DNA from: Ptychomitrium polyphyllum | Lineage: Eukaryota | Assembly: GCA_973851085.1 (NCBI GenBank) | Contig: OZ316775.1 | Coordinates: 11,098,001-11,162,000 of the forward strand | Reading direction: 5' to 3' | DNA length: 64,000 bases | Shown here: piece by piece, positions 37,610 through 51,144 of the stretch | How the letters are laid out: each line of letters starts with the position of its first letter | How positions within the stretch are numbered: position 1 is the stretch's first letter | The notes under the pieces: generated by a model | Database searches by the model: none | What the model was told of the DNA's origin: nothing | Seen by the model: the letters and a program-made list of their open reading frames with translations, nothing else | Position numbers and translations under genes: made by a program

Positions 37610-40260
37610 GAAGTTGTTTGGAAGGTCTCAATAAAGTGATGGTAAAGAACCAATATTCATTGTTATTGATATACGTGCTTCTTGATCAACTTGATCAAGC
37701 AAAGATTGATCAACTTGATTAGGCAAAGATTTCTATAAAAATAAATGTGCTTAGGGTCAACAATTTGGTGTGCATTAACAAAAGAGAAATGGAAAATAAT
37801 ATTTTAAAGAAGGTATGGACATTTTGATTACAATGTCATGTCTTTTGGACTTACTAATGTATTTGCCATTTTTCAATGCTTAATGATGAATGATATGTTT
37901 TATGAATACTCCAATGACTTTGTCGTATAATATTTAGATAATATCTCAATGTACTCAAAGAACCTAGGAGAGCATGAACAACATGTCTACATAGTTCTAC
38001 AAAAGCTACGAGATGTTAATTTGTACACAAAGCTAGAAAAATGTGTTTTCCACAAGCTTCAAATAGAATTCTTTGGCTATATCATCCCTAATAAAAAACT
38101 ATTGATGGATTCAAAGAAAATCAAAGCAATCAATAATTGACGAAGGCCAAAATTAGTATGTGCTATTCAATGCTTTATTAAACATGCAAAATTTTACAAG
38201 ATCTTCATTAAGTACTATTTCCATACAGTTGCTTCATTCATACAACTGAAAAGCTTAAAAGGGAATGTGATGCTAAAGATGCATTCCAAAATCTAAAAAA
38301 ATCTTCTATCACAGCTCCTATTTTTGTCCATTCAAATTTTTTGAAGCCATTTTATATGGAGACGAATGCTTGTGACTTTGCATTATAAACAATTTAGTTA
38401 CAATCAAGAGAAAGAAAGGAAACTCTAATAATTGCATTTCATTTTAGAAAATTTTCAATTGCAGAAATTAACTATGAAATCTACAACAAGGAACTCCTTA
38501 TAATCATGGATTCATTCCAAAAATGGTATCACTTGTTTGAGGGTGCCATCCATTTAGTGATTACATATATAGATCACAAGAAGCTTGAATATTCTGTATC
38601 AACTCGTGTTTTGAATTATTGCCATACATGTTGGAATATGTCCTTATCTTGATTGATTTTCGCATCACATATCAACCCAAAAAACAACAAGGATTGTCAA
38701 GTGCTTTAATTGGGCAATCATATCTTGTATCAAAAGTAGAAGAAGCAACATACAATTAACAATGGTTAATTCTATTGAAGCCTAAATAACTTTGTATTTG
38801 CACAATTATTATCTTAGTCCTAATAAATTCATGGTTCCTTAATTAAGTTTATGTGCTATCTATTACAAATTTTTTTATTTTTTTATATCAAATATTGTTC
38901 TAACAATCGCCTTGAAGATGTGTCTAAGTTCAAACTTAAAAACAACTTCATGTACTTTGAAGAATGCTTATATATTCGTGAAGAACCACTCCGCCATTGT
39001 GTACTTCCAACATGTTATAACTTTCCTATGGCTAAACATTTTGGATTCAATAAGACTTTAAAATTCCTTTCTTGAGATTTTTGGTGGCTTCAAATTTGGA
39101 AAGCTGTTAGGGAGTTTGTACACCTGTATGATACATGTTCTTGGTTGAAGAACCCTTAATAGTCTCCATATGGACTTCTTTAACTACTACCTATTCCAAT
39201 GCAATCATGGCCATCTATTTCCATGGATTTCATCACATATCTTCCTCCGTTGTACTCTTTTGCTACCATCTTTGTAATTGTAGACTTGTTGACCAAAGCA
39301 ATGCATTTTATATCTTGCAAACAGACGATTACATGCAAAGAGATTGCTACAGTCTTTTATAAATAATGTCTACCGTGATCACAAACTGCCCAACAATATT
39401 ATATCAGATTGTGGGTCACAATTCATATTAAGGTTTTGAAAGTTACTTTTAGAAATCTTTAAGTGGACATCAAACTCTCTTTTGCCTTCCATCCTTAGAT
39501 TAATTGCCAAATAGAGCAAATCAATCAAATTTTAAAGCAACTCTTGAGGTGTACCATCAACTATCAATAAGATGATTAAGCTTCCTATTTGACAGTGGTT
39601 GAGTTTGTTTACAACAATACCGCTCATTTTTTTTCTTCAATAAACGTCATTCTATTCCAATTATAAATAATACCTAAAGATAGATATATTATAGCCTCCA
39701 CAATCTGCGAATCCAAAAATAAGGGAATTTGTCACAAAAATGGCAAAGTTTCAGGCAAATATGAAGATTCAATTCAAAAAAACTCAAGATAAAATAATAG
39801 CAAATGTAATAAGGAAGGAACAACTTCCATTTCAAGTTGATGACAAGCTATAGCTTTTTTATTGCAGTATAAAGATCAACAGGCCATACAAGAAGTTGGC
39901 TTTTGCAAATTGGAAGTATTTACAATTCAAAAATAAATCAATTATATGGTGTATTGTTTGGAGCTGCTAGCATCAATGAAGGTACATTTGATATTCTATG
40001 TTTCAGTTTTAGAAGCTTATAAGAATTTAACTATACTTGAATGAAGATAGTTGCTAATACCAGTGGTGAAAATTGATGATCATAATGAATTAGAAGTAGA
40101 TGAAGTGATTAATTTATAAATACAGCATGGAAAGTTGGAGCATCTGATCCATTGACGCGGATATAATATTAGTGAACGCATGTAATAATTAGCTTAAAAT
40201 ATTTGCCAATTTGTTATTGAAAATTTGTGAGTTCCACCAACAACATCCAATTAAAAGTAA
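37610..40260 (+). mobile_element. Heavily decayed Ty3/gypsy (Tcn1-like chromovirus) pol: RT, RNaseH, integrase, chromodomain
   Basis: Fragments MSFGLTN, YLDNISMYSK...KLEKCVF, ETNACDFAL, NYEIYNKELL, ISMDFIT, IISDCGSQF, SFAFHP and KLEHLIH*RGY appear in RT-RH-INT order with many stops and frameshifts. Confidence 0.85.
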
Positions 40261-40911
40261 CACCACGAGGAATAACGGCTTGGTAGTATTGCGTAACCTT
40301 AAAGATTCTAGATTTTTAGGCTTTTAAGTAGAGAAGAAAGCAATTTATGAAAATAAATATTTGAAGCCTTATACATGATTTAGACAACAAGATGTAGATA
40401 TTATGCTAATTGTATTATTCCAACCAAGTGAATTATATCAATGATCTCAAAACAAAGACAAATTAATTCAAGAAGACATTAAAGGATACGGAGTAATAGA
40501 TTGTTGGAGATCATTTTTGAAATGGAATCTACCAATGAGATCATACAAAAGCGGTGTTTGAAGGATGCTTTTACAATAATAAAATATAAAAATTCATGGT
40601 TGGTTTAAAATATAAGCTGTTGGTCACTATTGATGGTTATAAGGATCCGTGAGTCATTTGAATTGTAAAAGGCAATTGGAATACGTTATAAATACCATAC
40701 AACAAATTTTTGGCTTTATAAAATAAAAGCTTTTTGAAAGGTTCTTAGAAGACTTAAGAAGGCCAAGAAAACTTCCAAAGATGTTTTTTGTCTAAATAAG
40801 CTTATAGGGAATTTACTTTAGCTAAATTTTTTTCCAAGGAAGTATTTTGAAGTTACTTGAGTACAAAGCATTGTATTGGAGGCTTTTTAAGAAGCTTCCA
40901 AAGTTTGTAGC

Positions 40912-41586
40912 TGTCACGGACATAGATCATGCAACATAGTCTTTAGAACATTCTAGAACCTTCTAATATACTATAATAGCTTCTTAGAATACTTTTAAAT
41001 GTCTCCATAGCCTTTTTATATTTTTAGGAAGCTTCATAGGAAAGTTCTTCCACCTTAAGAAATTTCCTAAGAAGGTTCTATCATCTTAGGTAACTTTTCA
41101 AAAAACTTCTTACAAAGATTCTATCACCTTAGGAAACTTCCTAGGAAGATTCCATCATCTTAGAAAGCTTCTTAAGAAAGTTCTACCACCTCAGGAACTT
41201 CCTAAGAAGATTCTACTTCTTTAGGAAACTTCCTAAGAAGGTATGGCTACTTTAGGAAACTTCCAAGGAAGGTTCTTATTCCTTGGAAGCTTCTTAAAAA
41301 AGTTCCAATATTTTAGGAAATTTCTTGGGAAGATTCCCTAAACTTCTAGAACATTCTTAAGCCTTGTAGGAAGCTTCTTTAGAAGTATCCTATGAGATAC
41401 AAACGTTATAGTATAAATAGGAGGCAAGACAAGGTGTTCCCTAGTCTTGCCAGCACAAGGTGTGGATTTTCTTGAATCCTGCCTTGTTCTAGTTTTTTTA
41501 TCAAGCTCTTGTTATTCATTAGCTCCTTGGAAGCTAATTCTTGAGAAACAGTTTGTTTCCGCTTCTTGTTTCTTGTGTCCTTAATG
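40912..41586 (+). mobile_element. LTR (about 675 bp), same family as the solo LTR at 50915-59223
   Basis: Starts TGTCACGGACATAGATCATGCAACATAGTC, the reverse complement of 59194-59223. Has a TATAAATAGG box near 41413 and ends ...GCTTCTTGTTTCTTGTGT, matching the reverse complement of 50922-50940. The 3' end is approximate. Confidence 0.85.
41026..41340 (+). repeat. Degenerate ~31-bp minisatellite (about 10 units) inside the LTR
   Basis: Units such as TAGGAAACTTCCTAGGAAGATTCCATCATCT start near 41130, 41161, 41192, 41222 and 41253; the consensus core TTCCTAGGAA is palindromic. Confidence 0.8.
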
Positions 41587-42149
41587 CATTCTATGGATTT
41601 TAATTAAGAAATCAATAAAAAAAAATAAAAAATTGATTGGAAAAAAAGTTATGGTGAAACCATGATTTTATTTGTTTTGGAGATGAAATTGCATTTTGTC
41701 TTAACTCAGAATGAATAGCCCAGTTGGCTCTTGTTTATTTCCTATCTGCATTTCTTGCTAGCTGTACAAGAATAAAACTTGGAATAGTTCAATAAATGAA
41801 ATTTATTTAATTAACCAAACTCATAACTTGGTGTCCAATCTTAATTCAACAATAACTTTATTCTTAATTTGTTATTTTTTATATTTTACTTTGAAATTGT
41901 ATATGTTGGTTTTTTTTTCCTTTGTAGTTTGAGTTTAAAAGTTTCAATCAAATAGATAAATAAAAATTAAAAAAATTAAAAAAATTTAGATTGTTTTTTG
42001 TAAATATATGAAAAGGTAGGAATTAATTTGAAGTCTTGATTTAAACTTATGAAGGAGATATGGAAACTAAAAGCGGAAGGGGTATAGAATCAAGGGCAGT
42101 GGATAGAAAATTTGTAACATACTACTTTGTCATTTATTGAGTGATTATT

Positions 42150-42780
42150 AACATCCAGAGGCCCAATAATTTCTCAAGATAAGGCTCATTTATCACAATA
42201 GCAACACCGTCATTTTAAACCTCCTTCTTATTCTTAAACATTTTATACAATAAGCATGCAGTTAAAAATTCCATATTTAAATTCTTGATATTCATGGTCT
42301 ATAAGGCCATGATCAAATATTCATACAAGGGTGGCAAGCTCTCAAGCAAAGCCATGACCACATCCTCATCATACATAAGCACTTCCAAGAAAGCAAATAG
42401 ATTTGCAAGCCATTTTACTTTGTTGACGTGATCCAAGAAATCATCTCCCTCTTACACCTTGCATGTAAAGAACTTGCGGTGAATTAAGAGGATGTCGAAC
42501 AAATTCTTTATTTTGTAGATGTTACAAAGAGTTTTTCATGCAACTGCCAATCTTTTACAATTTTTGATATGGACAAGTTGATTATTTGTTAAAATGAGTC
42601 CAATGACAAACATTGCCTTCTTCACATACTTTTAATGACCCTTAATGACTTTGGAGTTTGCATTGGACGGTAGAAGCTCCTACAATTCAACTATAATCTT
42701 CCAAAGGTCTATAGAAGCCAAGGCCATCTCCATTTTAAACTTCTAAACGTTGAAGTTACTTCTCTCAATGTAATTTACAC
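42150..42780 (-). mobile_element. Decayed Ty1/copia gag fragment (UBN2/Retrotran_gag_2-like)
   Basis: Minus-strand translation NFNV*KFKMEMALASIDLWKII...KAMFVIGLILTNNQLVHIKNC...RKFFTCKV*EGDDFLDHVNKVK...EDVVMALLESLPPLYE, with in-frame stops. Confidence 0.75.
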
Positions 42781-45700
42781 AAGTGAGTCTATAATGTGTT
42801 AAAAATAACAAGAAAAGATTGCACTTTAATTATTCAAATAAAATAAAATAATACTTAAAGATTTACTCTTGCTTCTTCCTCTTAAAGTCTAAATAAGACT
42901 TCCTTAGTGACAAACCATACAAGATATGTTATAGTCATAGAATCTACATATCTAATATTTATATCTCTTCTATACAATCCTTTTCTCAATACATCAACTT
43001 GCACTACTGACATCTTCTCCAATAATATGTATCCATAACACCTACCAAATGATTGGAGGTTTTGTTTCATTATCTTCCTTTCAATTGAAAAGATGCATGA
43101 TGACAAGACATGGCTATTAAAGAAGCTTTGCTTGTGTAGTTTATTTGGAATTAGAGGCTATCAATTAAACACTAATAGATGTGTATTTGATGGTAAATGC
43201 ATATTTTATATTGTAGCCATTACTATATTAGATTTCACAAATTTCTAGAATGTTTTTAGTTTTAGACGTATTTGGAAGTGAAAAATTGTTGCCATTTATA
43301 TATTGGCTTCTAATCAATGGAGTTCTAATTTATGGTCTACAATTTCATAGGAACAAGCCATCATTGTTGTGGATATTTTTAAACAAATCAAACAAATCTT
43401 GGCAATTTGGACATTTCTTAAAGGCTTTGCCATGCTAACTAATTTGCCTTAAAGAAATGTCAAGGTTTTGAATTATAAAAATTAATTGTATCAATATTGA
43501 TGTAGCAAGCCTTAATAGGATATAATACTATTAAGTGGAAAAGAATTATAGAAAAGTTTTAAAAATTTAACAATCTTAAGATTCTATTGTAATGGGCGTT
43601 TAACAACTTTTGCATGAATAATGACATTTTAGGACAAATAATAGGTTGAAAGATTAAGTAGTGCCACCAAGACTCTATTACCTTGCCTTCAATAAAATTG
43701 AAAGCAACAACAAGTTTTTCTTTTGCTAATTTTTAAGAAGATTGTCTTGAATTTCTTTTTGGCAATGGATTTCAACAAAAAAATTAATAAAAATCATGTA
43801 ATTTTTAAAAATTAATTCATATAAATATACAAATAATTATATTGCTCACAAATTACTAAAAGAAGGTTCTTTTTCTTAAATAAATTTGCCAATTCTTTCA
43901 TTATATGGTAAGATTTTGGATTTTACTCATTGAATTCATCAATATTTAAATTTTCTTATTAATTTTTACAACAATTATAAATATTACCTTAGAATAGAAT
44001 TCTAAAAATATACATCTCAAAAAATAATAAAGTAAGCTAATATTACAATGAAATTACAATATTACATATAAGCAATTGTAATAAATTACATAATTTTGAA
44101 TTATTCATCTTTAGAAGTGAAGTAGGATCATACCTAATATATTCACTTTATTACCTCCTTCATTCTATATAGTGTTGTAGACATATCAATGTTGTTTACT
44201 TATGATACATACTTAGTTGTAAAAAAGAGTGGACATATGGATATTTTTGGCTCTTGATCTCCTCAGGATCCCCAAGCAGGCCATGATAAGGGTATGGATC
44301 GCTGACAAAGTTCCACCAAGAAGTCCCAAGTGTCCCCAAAACTCCATCTTCTCTCCCTCACCACCTGCTTCTCGTGACTTCCTCACCTCATTCACTTCCA
44401 CATCCACAGCCTGTGACTCCTCAACTTGAACCCGTCAATAGAATAGTCCTTTCGGCACCCAAACCCACACAACTCCAGAACAGTAAAGGTCAAGAAAAGC
44501 AACTGCTCACTTTCAAAGTAAAAGCCCCATCGCAGCCTGCCTTATGGCCGCATCGCCAAAGGCAGAGGAGCCAGTCACCAGCACCAGATGAGAGAATATC
44601 TGTCGGGCCGATATTTGCAGCAGTCGCCCCAGCTGGCACGCCATTAGACGTAGAATTTCCGGTTCAGGGCCAGATTCATTGGCAGGTGGGGCTCCACCGC
44701 CCCGCTCTCTACACCTCGCAGACTCCAAATCCCCTTTACCGCTTCCACTGCCTGGACCAGATACTACCCGAAAGCCGTTAGCACCCCCGAAGCCATCATT
44801 GCTTCCAAAACCGTCATTGTCTAGCAGAAGAAATACAATTGAGACACTGACCTCTGTTGGCACATAGATTGTGTGGCTTTATCTTAGAGTGGCGTTTCTA
44901 CTTCTGGCCCACCTCCAGGAGATGGAACCTAGAGCCGTTAGTTCTCTCATTGCCGTCAATACACCCAAGCCCGTTCTTACACGCAAATACGTAGTGTTGA
45001 GAAATCTGACATCTAGAGAGGCCATGGATTGGATGAAGTGGCCCACCGAGCTTTACCGGCCACGCCTGAGGCTGCTCCATGTGTGACGCCAACCCTCGTG
45101 GTGTAGCCAGAAAACTGCGTCCGGCCCCCCGCGCTCGCTCCTTACCGCCACGCCGCTCCCTCTGGCACCGTGCTTCCATCGTACCCCATCTGGACCCCCT
45201 TTGAACTCCCCCTCATGGCAACTCCTAACGCAGGAGTCAGAACCCACTGCATCCCATCGGATGACATCAATCATGGTAGACACTAACTAGTACTACGACT
45301 ATTTTCACGTTGGAGGTGAAAAGCCAAGAGTTGGCTGTTGCCTTCTCGGCGGTTGCCGCGACAAGAACCATTAGTACTGTCACGACGTTCAATAACACTA
45401 GACTCGCTGACATACTATCTCACTACCTTGCCAGGTTCGATCCGCTACCACGGCGAAGAACTTCCTGATTTTCTGACGCGGCGACGGGGCTCAGTGGGCT
45501 TTAGGGGACGGTCCGAGTGGGCTAACTAGTCGTTAGTGTTAAGTTTCGTGATCGTTTGTGGTTGGTCGTTTTCGCACTGTCCGATTTGGAGTTGCGGTGG
45601 TACATTAGTGTAAGATAGAGCAGGTATGTGTTGAATGTGCCGTGAGAGAGGACTTGTGCTGCTGGTGGGTAACGGGTCTTAGGTAGCTGGCTCTTATTAC

Positions 45701-46422
45701 TGGAGTAGCGGAAGTGGAAGGCGCAGGAAACTTGTAGAGTTTTGAGAAGGGTCGGCGCTTGGTAGATGAGAGTTGTACCGCGACCCAGTTGCAAGTCTGC
45801 CAGTTCAGTAACTTCTTACTGCAGGCCGGCTTTTGGTGCAATTGACTCACTGCATGTCATCGCATTGTTAGTTGAGGCTTCCAGTTCGCGTTATCCTGAT
45901 TCACCGAAGTGAAGGTCGTTTTAGGCATTAGCAGCATCCTTGCTTGAAAGATGAGTTGCGGTTCCGGGTTTTAACGTGTCGGTGTCATACAAACTGATGC
46001 GCTAATTTTGCTCAACGTGGTCGGCGCGCTAACCCTAAAGTTGCGTGGTTTACACGTAGGCTAAGATAGATGTATGGTCACATTACGGCTTGTTTATCGT
46101 GAGGGAGAAAACTAGTTTCATACACTGAAACCGCAAAGTGGAGTCTGGACCATCTGGGCACCATATCCTTCTGATCTAATATTGTCCGCAGTGTATGACT
46201 TGGAACTCAGGTACCAAGTTAGATCAAATCTTAGTTTCATGCAGCAAGGATTTGACGAGGCCATTGCGTTGGCGGGTTTCAACTTAGTCTTCACCATGGA
46301 ACCGCATTGTGTTGCTATCACCTCTTCACAGGTTTGAGGACCGTTGTGATAGTTGCTTACCCAGGTCTGGCAACAGGTCTGGCAACAGGTCTGATATGAG
46401 TAGGCGGCACTGTAATTGAAAG

Positions 46423-48247
46423 ATGTGGGATAATCAAGAAACTGCGGCCATGGAGTACTACTCAGAGACCAACACGGAACCTAAGCTTATAGATTTCTTT
46501 AAGTGCGAGATGCCGCTACGTAAGGATCACGGAGGTACGGGAGAACAGACATATGTGTACAGACCAGGAAGCCTGCAATTGGGTAGCGAAGGAAATGCCG
46601 CCTCACAGGAATTACGAGCCATCGCTGATGGTGGACGAAGTCTGAACCTGGAGCCCCCATCAGGCAGTTTTGTGGATTTCCTGAGCGGAAATGGCGAGCA
46701 TCACAACCATCAGCTTGTCGTGAGCAGGTACTCATCCCACGTGTAAATGCTTTGCGATGTTTAGAACCATTCTTGCTCACAAGCTTCTGCTCAACTTGTT
46801 GGCATGACGATATGGTTATGTCCAGATCGAGACGTAAGAATCACTGGTTTAGACTATGCGTGTAATAGTGCTTACAATCAGTGGAACCCAGTGCGGTGTA
46901 TTGCTTGGCTCCTTTGTTCCTAGGCCGCCATTAGAGTGAAGTCGTCTTCTTGTGCAATATGTGGTGTTGTTGAATTCCAAATGGTACCCACACCAGTGTC
47001 GTCATTAACGCTGTGCGAGCACTGTTAAAGACGAGAACAATATAGTACAATAGGGCTAGCCTAATTTTAGTTTGGAACCTTCCCGAGGGTTCTAGATGCA
47101 AACCTCCGTAGCCTTCCATAATTAGCCTTTCGATACCGTGCCGACGAATCAACCAAAGTTCGTGTTTTTTGGTTTAGTGCTCTCAACGCGCTAACTGGTT
47201 TGGCAGATATGGAATTAATTCTATGGTAATTCAACTGTTTGTTTCTAAAGTCCAATTCCATGCTTTGGACATGTTGACCTAGAGATTTGGCATTTGTTGA
47301 CATAGCCAAGTGAACCATAGATTACCGAACCCCATTATACTACAAATCGTTGCATGCCATTGCAACCCAACAGTTACGACTTATTTGCAGGCCGTTGGTG
47401 GTCCTCTTCTCTGATCTCCATAGTGTTTGATTCACATTGCAGATCTTCATCTGACGAGGGTAAGCACCCAATGGCACCCAAGTCGAATCAAGCGGCGGTC
47501 ACCGGGGATCAATGGAGTTTAGTCATGGCACCCATCCTCCCCAACTTGGCACTGAAGCTTCTGTCACCATCACCAACCGGAACTCAAGGCTCCGGAACCT
47601 CCCCACCGAAAACCCCCACCTTTGACATGGAGCTCAACTCTCGCACTAGAGCTCAACCTTGCGTGACGACCATGGCAGACCATGAAGGCGATTCATCAAC
47701 ATTTTCTGCCGAATCAGATCGTCGAATCATTGGGAGTTTCCTTCCAGATCATGTTGCCGACAGGAAGCTCTACAAGAAGGCCGGCCAATTCAACGGTACA
47801 GCTGATTCTAGGGTTTACAGATGGAGCCCCCAAAATGGCCAAAAACGGCTGAAAGTTCGAGCTGAGTCGGATGACGACGATGATGGTGCAACCATGGAAG
47901 GAAAGCTGGAATCACGCACGCGAGACGACCCCACGACGTGCAGGAAGTTGCGTGAGAAAGACAACGAGGAGAGAGAGGCAGTAGCGCAGGCGGCCGCTTC
48001 GCTCCTCAGCTTATCGTCCAAAGACGACGACTGGCAGCCGACGTCGTCGATAAAGGCGCCCGTCCGTCTACAGAACGTCTCGTCGTCGTCGTCGTCGTTG
48101 GCAGCCGTAGGGGAAGGTTCGAAACGAGAAAGCGGGGAAGACGGAAGTTTCGTCGGGTGCAGCGGCTCCGTTCTGTCGAGACCCAGCAACAAGAGGCGTT
48201 ACAGATCGGTCGTGGATTTGTTGGCGGAGAGTCCAAGAGTTAGGTAG
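46423..48247 (+). CDS. Uncharacterised, largely disordered protein (exons 46423-46727 and 47443-48247), probably nuclear
   Basis: A phase-2 intron (CAG|GTACTC...TTGCAG|ATC) joins the two ORFs in frame, and codon usage is GC-rich. A probable 5'UTR intron spans 45624-46331. Motifs: AAASLLSLS and C-terminal KRRYRSVVDLLAESP. Confidence 0.65.
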
Positions 48248-51144
48248 TGGGTCACGCCATGGCTGGTGCAGATTGGGTTGGGGAGGGGAAGTTATTGATG
48301 AACGTTTACTGTACACATGATGAGGGGTCCTTGCGGTACATGGGATGATTGTACACTGTACATATTGTTGTCATATATTGAATCAAAACACGGATATTTT
48401 TGCAGTCAACTGTGGGTGCCATGAGAAGCCGCTTCATGTGAGCATGCCGGAGTCACTTATTAAGGAATCCTGATCGAACACAGAAGTGCAGTTCTATTGT
48501 TACGGTGAACATCACGTGAAGGGCTCATGCTTGGTTCTGCTTGGAGAGTTTGAAGCTTGCGGACAAATTTGTGCTTGTTTGAAAACTTTTGACTTTTTCC
48601 TCTACTTTTCAATATGAGAGGAGGTCGTACAAATAGATGGGCAAAGGAAATGGGTGCAACATTATGTCACTTATGAAAGAGAATTTAGTTCTGTGGCTTT
48701 GTGAATGCTCATCATAGTCACAGATTGGGATTGTTACTTCTTTCACTTATAATTAAAAAGTTTTTAAATAGAGTTTGTAGAAATTAATGTTCTTCAAAAT
48801 TTGTATCTCAAATAGAACTCTCCTTTCTTTTTAGATTTATTTGTATAGAAACATTTATTGAAGGTAGAACAATATAGAAGAGCTCCTTTTTGAAGTTTTG
48901 AAGTAATACTCTTAAGTAAACATTCCATTCCATTTATGTATTCAAGATATAATGTGTTTTGTTTTTATTTGTTTGTCATAATACTTTCAATTTTTCAAAT
49001 CTCCAAAACTATAAAGCTAATGGAGGTGTTTATGAAAAAAATTAGAAATCTTCAAAAAAAAGAATTTACACACTGCTAAATTTATAAGTTTTGAAATTAT
49101 TATGTAACAAATATTAAATTTCACAAATATTTGCATTTTCCAAAAACTACAACATTGGAAGATTGAAACAATGTTGAATATGTATAGATTGATATTTATA
49201 TATGGACACAACAGATATCAAAAACTATAATTTTGCATATATATAGATTCATTTTTGTAATTATAACATATTTTTATTAATTTCAAATTATTATAAATAA
49301 CAAAAGAATTTTGTGAAAATATGGACTTATTTAATACGGAAACTTTGAACTAGAAATTTTTAATATGCAAATGTAATGACCTTTTAAACTTCTCTGTATA
49401 TAAAGAAAGCATGATTAAAAAATTCGTCAATTAAAAAAAAAAAATTCCAAATTTGATTTTGTATTTACATTGCATTTTAAAAATAAAGTATATAAAGGCA
49501 CCTGAATGTTTTGAAAATTATAAAGACAAGCATTTATAACATTTGAACACTTAATTTTCTTTTGCTATCCAATTCAAAAGTTAACTAATATAATATGTTT
49601 AAAGAACATTTGAACAATTAATGCTCTTTGAAGATTTTTTGAAGCCAGAAAAACAAAGCTCAAAAAATTATTCAAATCTAAAATTTGCTTTATGATGCTA
49701 TATTATGATTAAAAGAAAAAGCTTCAAATTTAACAAAAATGAATGAATATGATTTCAAGTAAAATCCACATTGTATAACTATGAAATTTTTGTAATAAAA
49801 TTACTAAGAGCATATTGCATCTTGTTTAATATGTTTTAAGGAAAGTTTTCTTTCAAAGTCATAATGTTTATATTTGAAGATGATCATTTGTATTTGGCAT
49901 AACATTCTTTAGCCGCTTAATCTTACATCAATTCTATTATAAAATAATTGAATCATTTGTTTTATTATAAACAATGTTAAGCATGGTTTGATACTTGAAA
50001 GAAAAAAATTCTTGTTTTAATTCAATGTGCATGTATCAAAGTTTAAAAATAGATTTTTAGAAAACATGAGAAATTATTTTCCAAAAACGTCTAGCAAAGT
50101 AAGAAAATGGATTTCAAAGAATATTTGGTGTATCATATGATATTATTATAAATTAATAATTTTATGACATAAAAACTTCAAATTTGACCCTTATATACAA
50201 TATTGTTGATTATCTTACAATGTCATATAACTAAGGAGTATTATGGAATGGAGAGTAATCTATACTTTAAATATTTTAGTATTAAAATGTATTCCAAAAA
50301 TTTTGAAATTAAAACTTATAAAAAAAAAATTAAAGGAATTTGTTGTCATCTAGGCACTATTTTTTGTAGCCAAGAATATTTTTGGACAACTTTTAAAAAA
50401 ACAAAAAAAAAAAAAACCTCATTACAAACCATACAAATTAGTTCTATTAATAAAACTTGGAGCATTAATTGGCAAAGTGAAGACCCAAGATACTAAGTGG
50501 TTATTTATTAGGAAATAGATAATCTTCCTTGCATCTTTATTATATAATAAGTAAATCAAGTACAAATTGCTTTGTTCAAATAAGAACATAAAGAATTATA
50601 TGAATAGAAAAAAAACTTAAAAAGCTGTTGAGGACAAAAAATTATTCCATCTATTGAATGTATATAAAAAAAGATTTTATTTATTAGCATATTTTTAAAT
50701 TTGAACAACTAATTTTTATTATAGAATTGTGGATAATGGATAAATAATTGAATTGAATACATTTGGAAGTGAAAGCATGAAGACATAAATTTAATGTATA
50801 TACATTTAAATATGCTTCTTTGAGTACATCCATGTTCATAATCTTTAATTTCTATTATATAAGAACATGAGTGTAATTATAAAAATCATTTCATACAGCT
50901 TGTAAGAAGACAATTGTTAGATACACAAGAAACAAGAAGCATAAACAAAGTGTTTCCCAATAATTAGCTTCCAAAGAGCTAATATTTAACAAAAACTTGA
51001 TATAAAGACTAGAACAAGGCAGGATTCAAAATGATCCACAATTTGTGTTGGCAAGACTAAGGAATACCTTGTCTTGCCTCCTATTTATATTATGACGTTT
51101 GTATCTCCTAGGATACTTTTGAAGAAGCTTCCTACAAAGCTTAA

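Noticed and set aside
41026..41340. Regularly spaced palindromic repeats as a CRISPR-like array
   Set aside because: The units are contiguous and degenerate, lack unique spacers, sit inside a eukaryotic LTR, and no cas genes are present.
44213..45530. Several 60-135 aa ORFs on both strands
   Set aside because: No consistent frame or domain; probably the GC-rich upstream region of the gene at 46423.
46362..46393. 12-bp tandem repeat CAGGTCTGGCAA, about 2.7 copies
   Set aside because: Small 5'UTR slippage repeat with no evident function.
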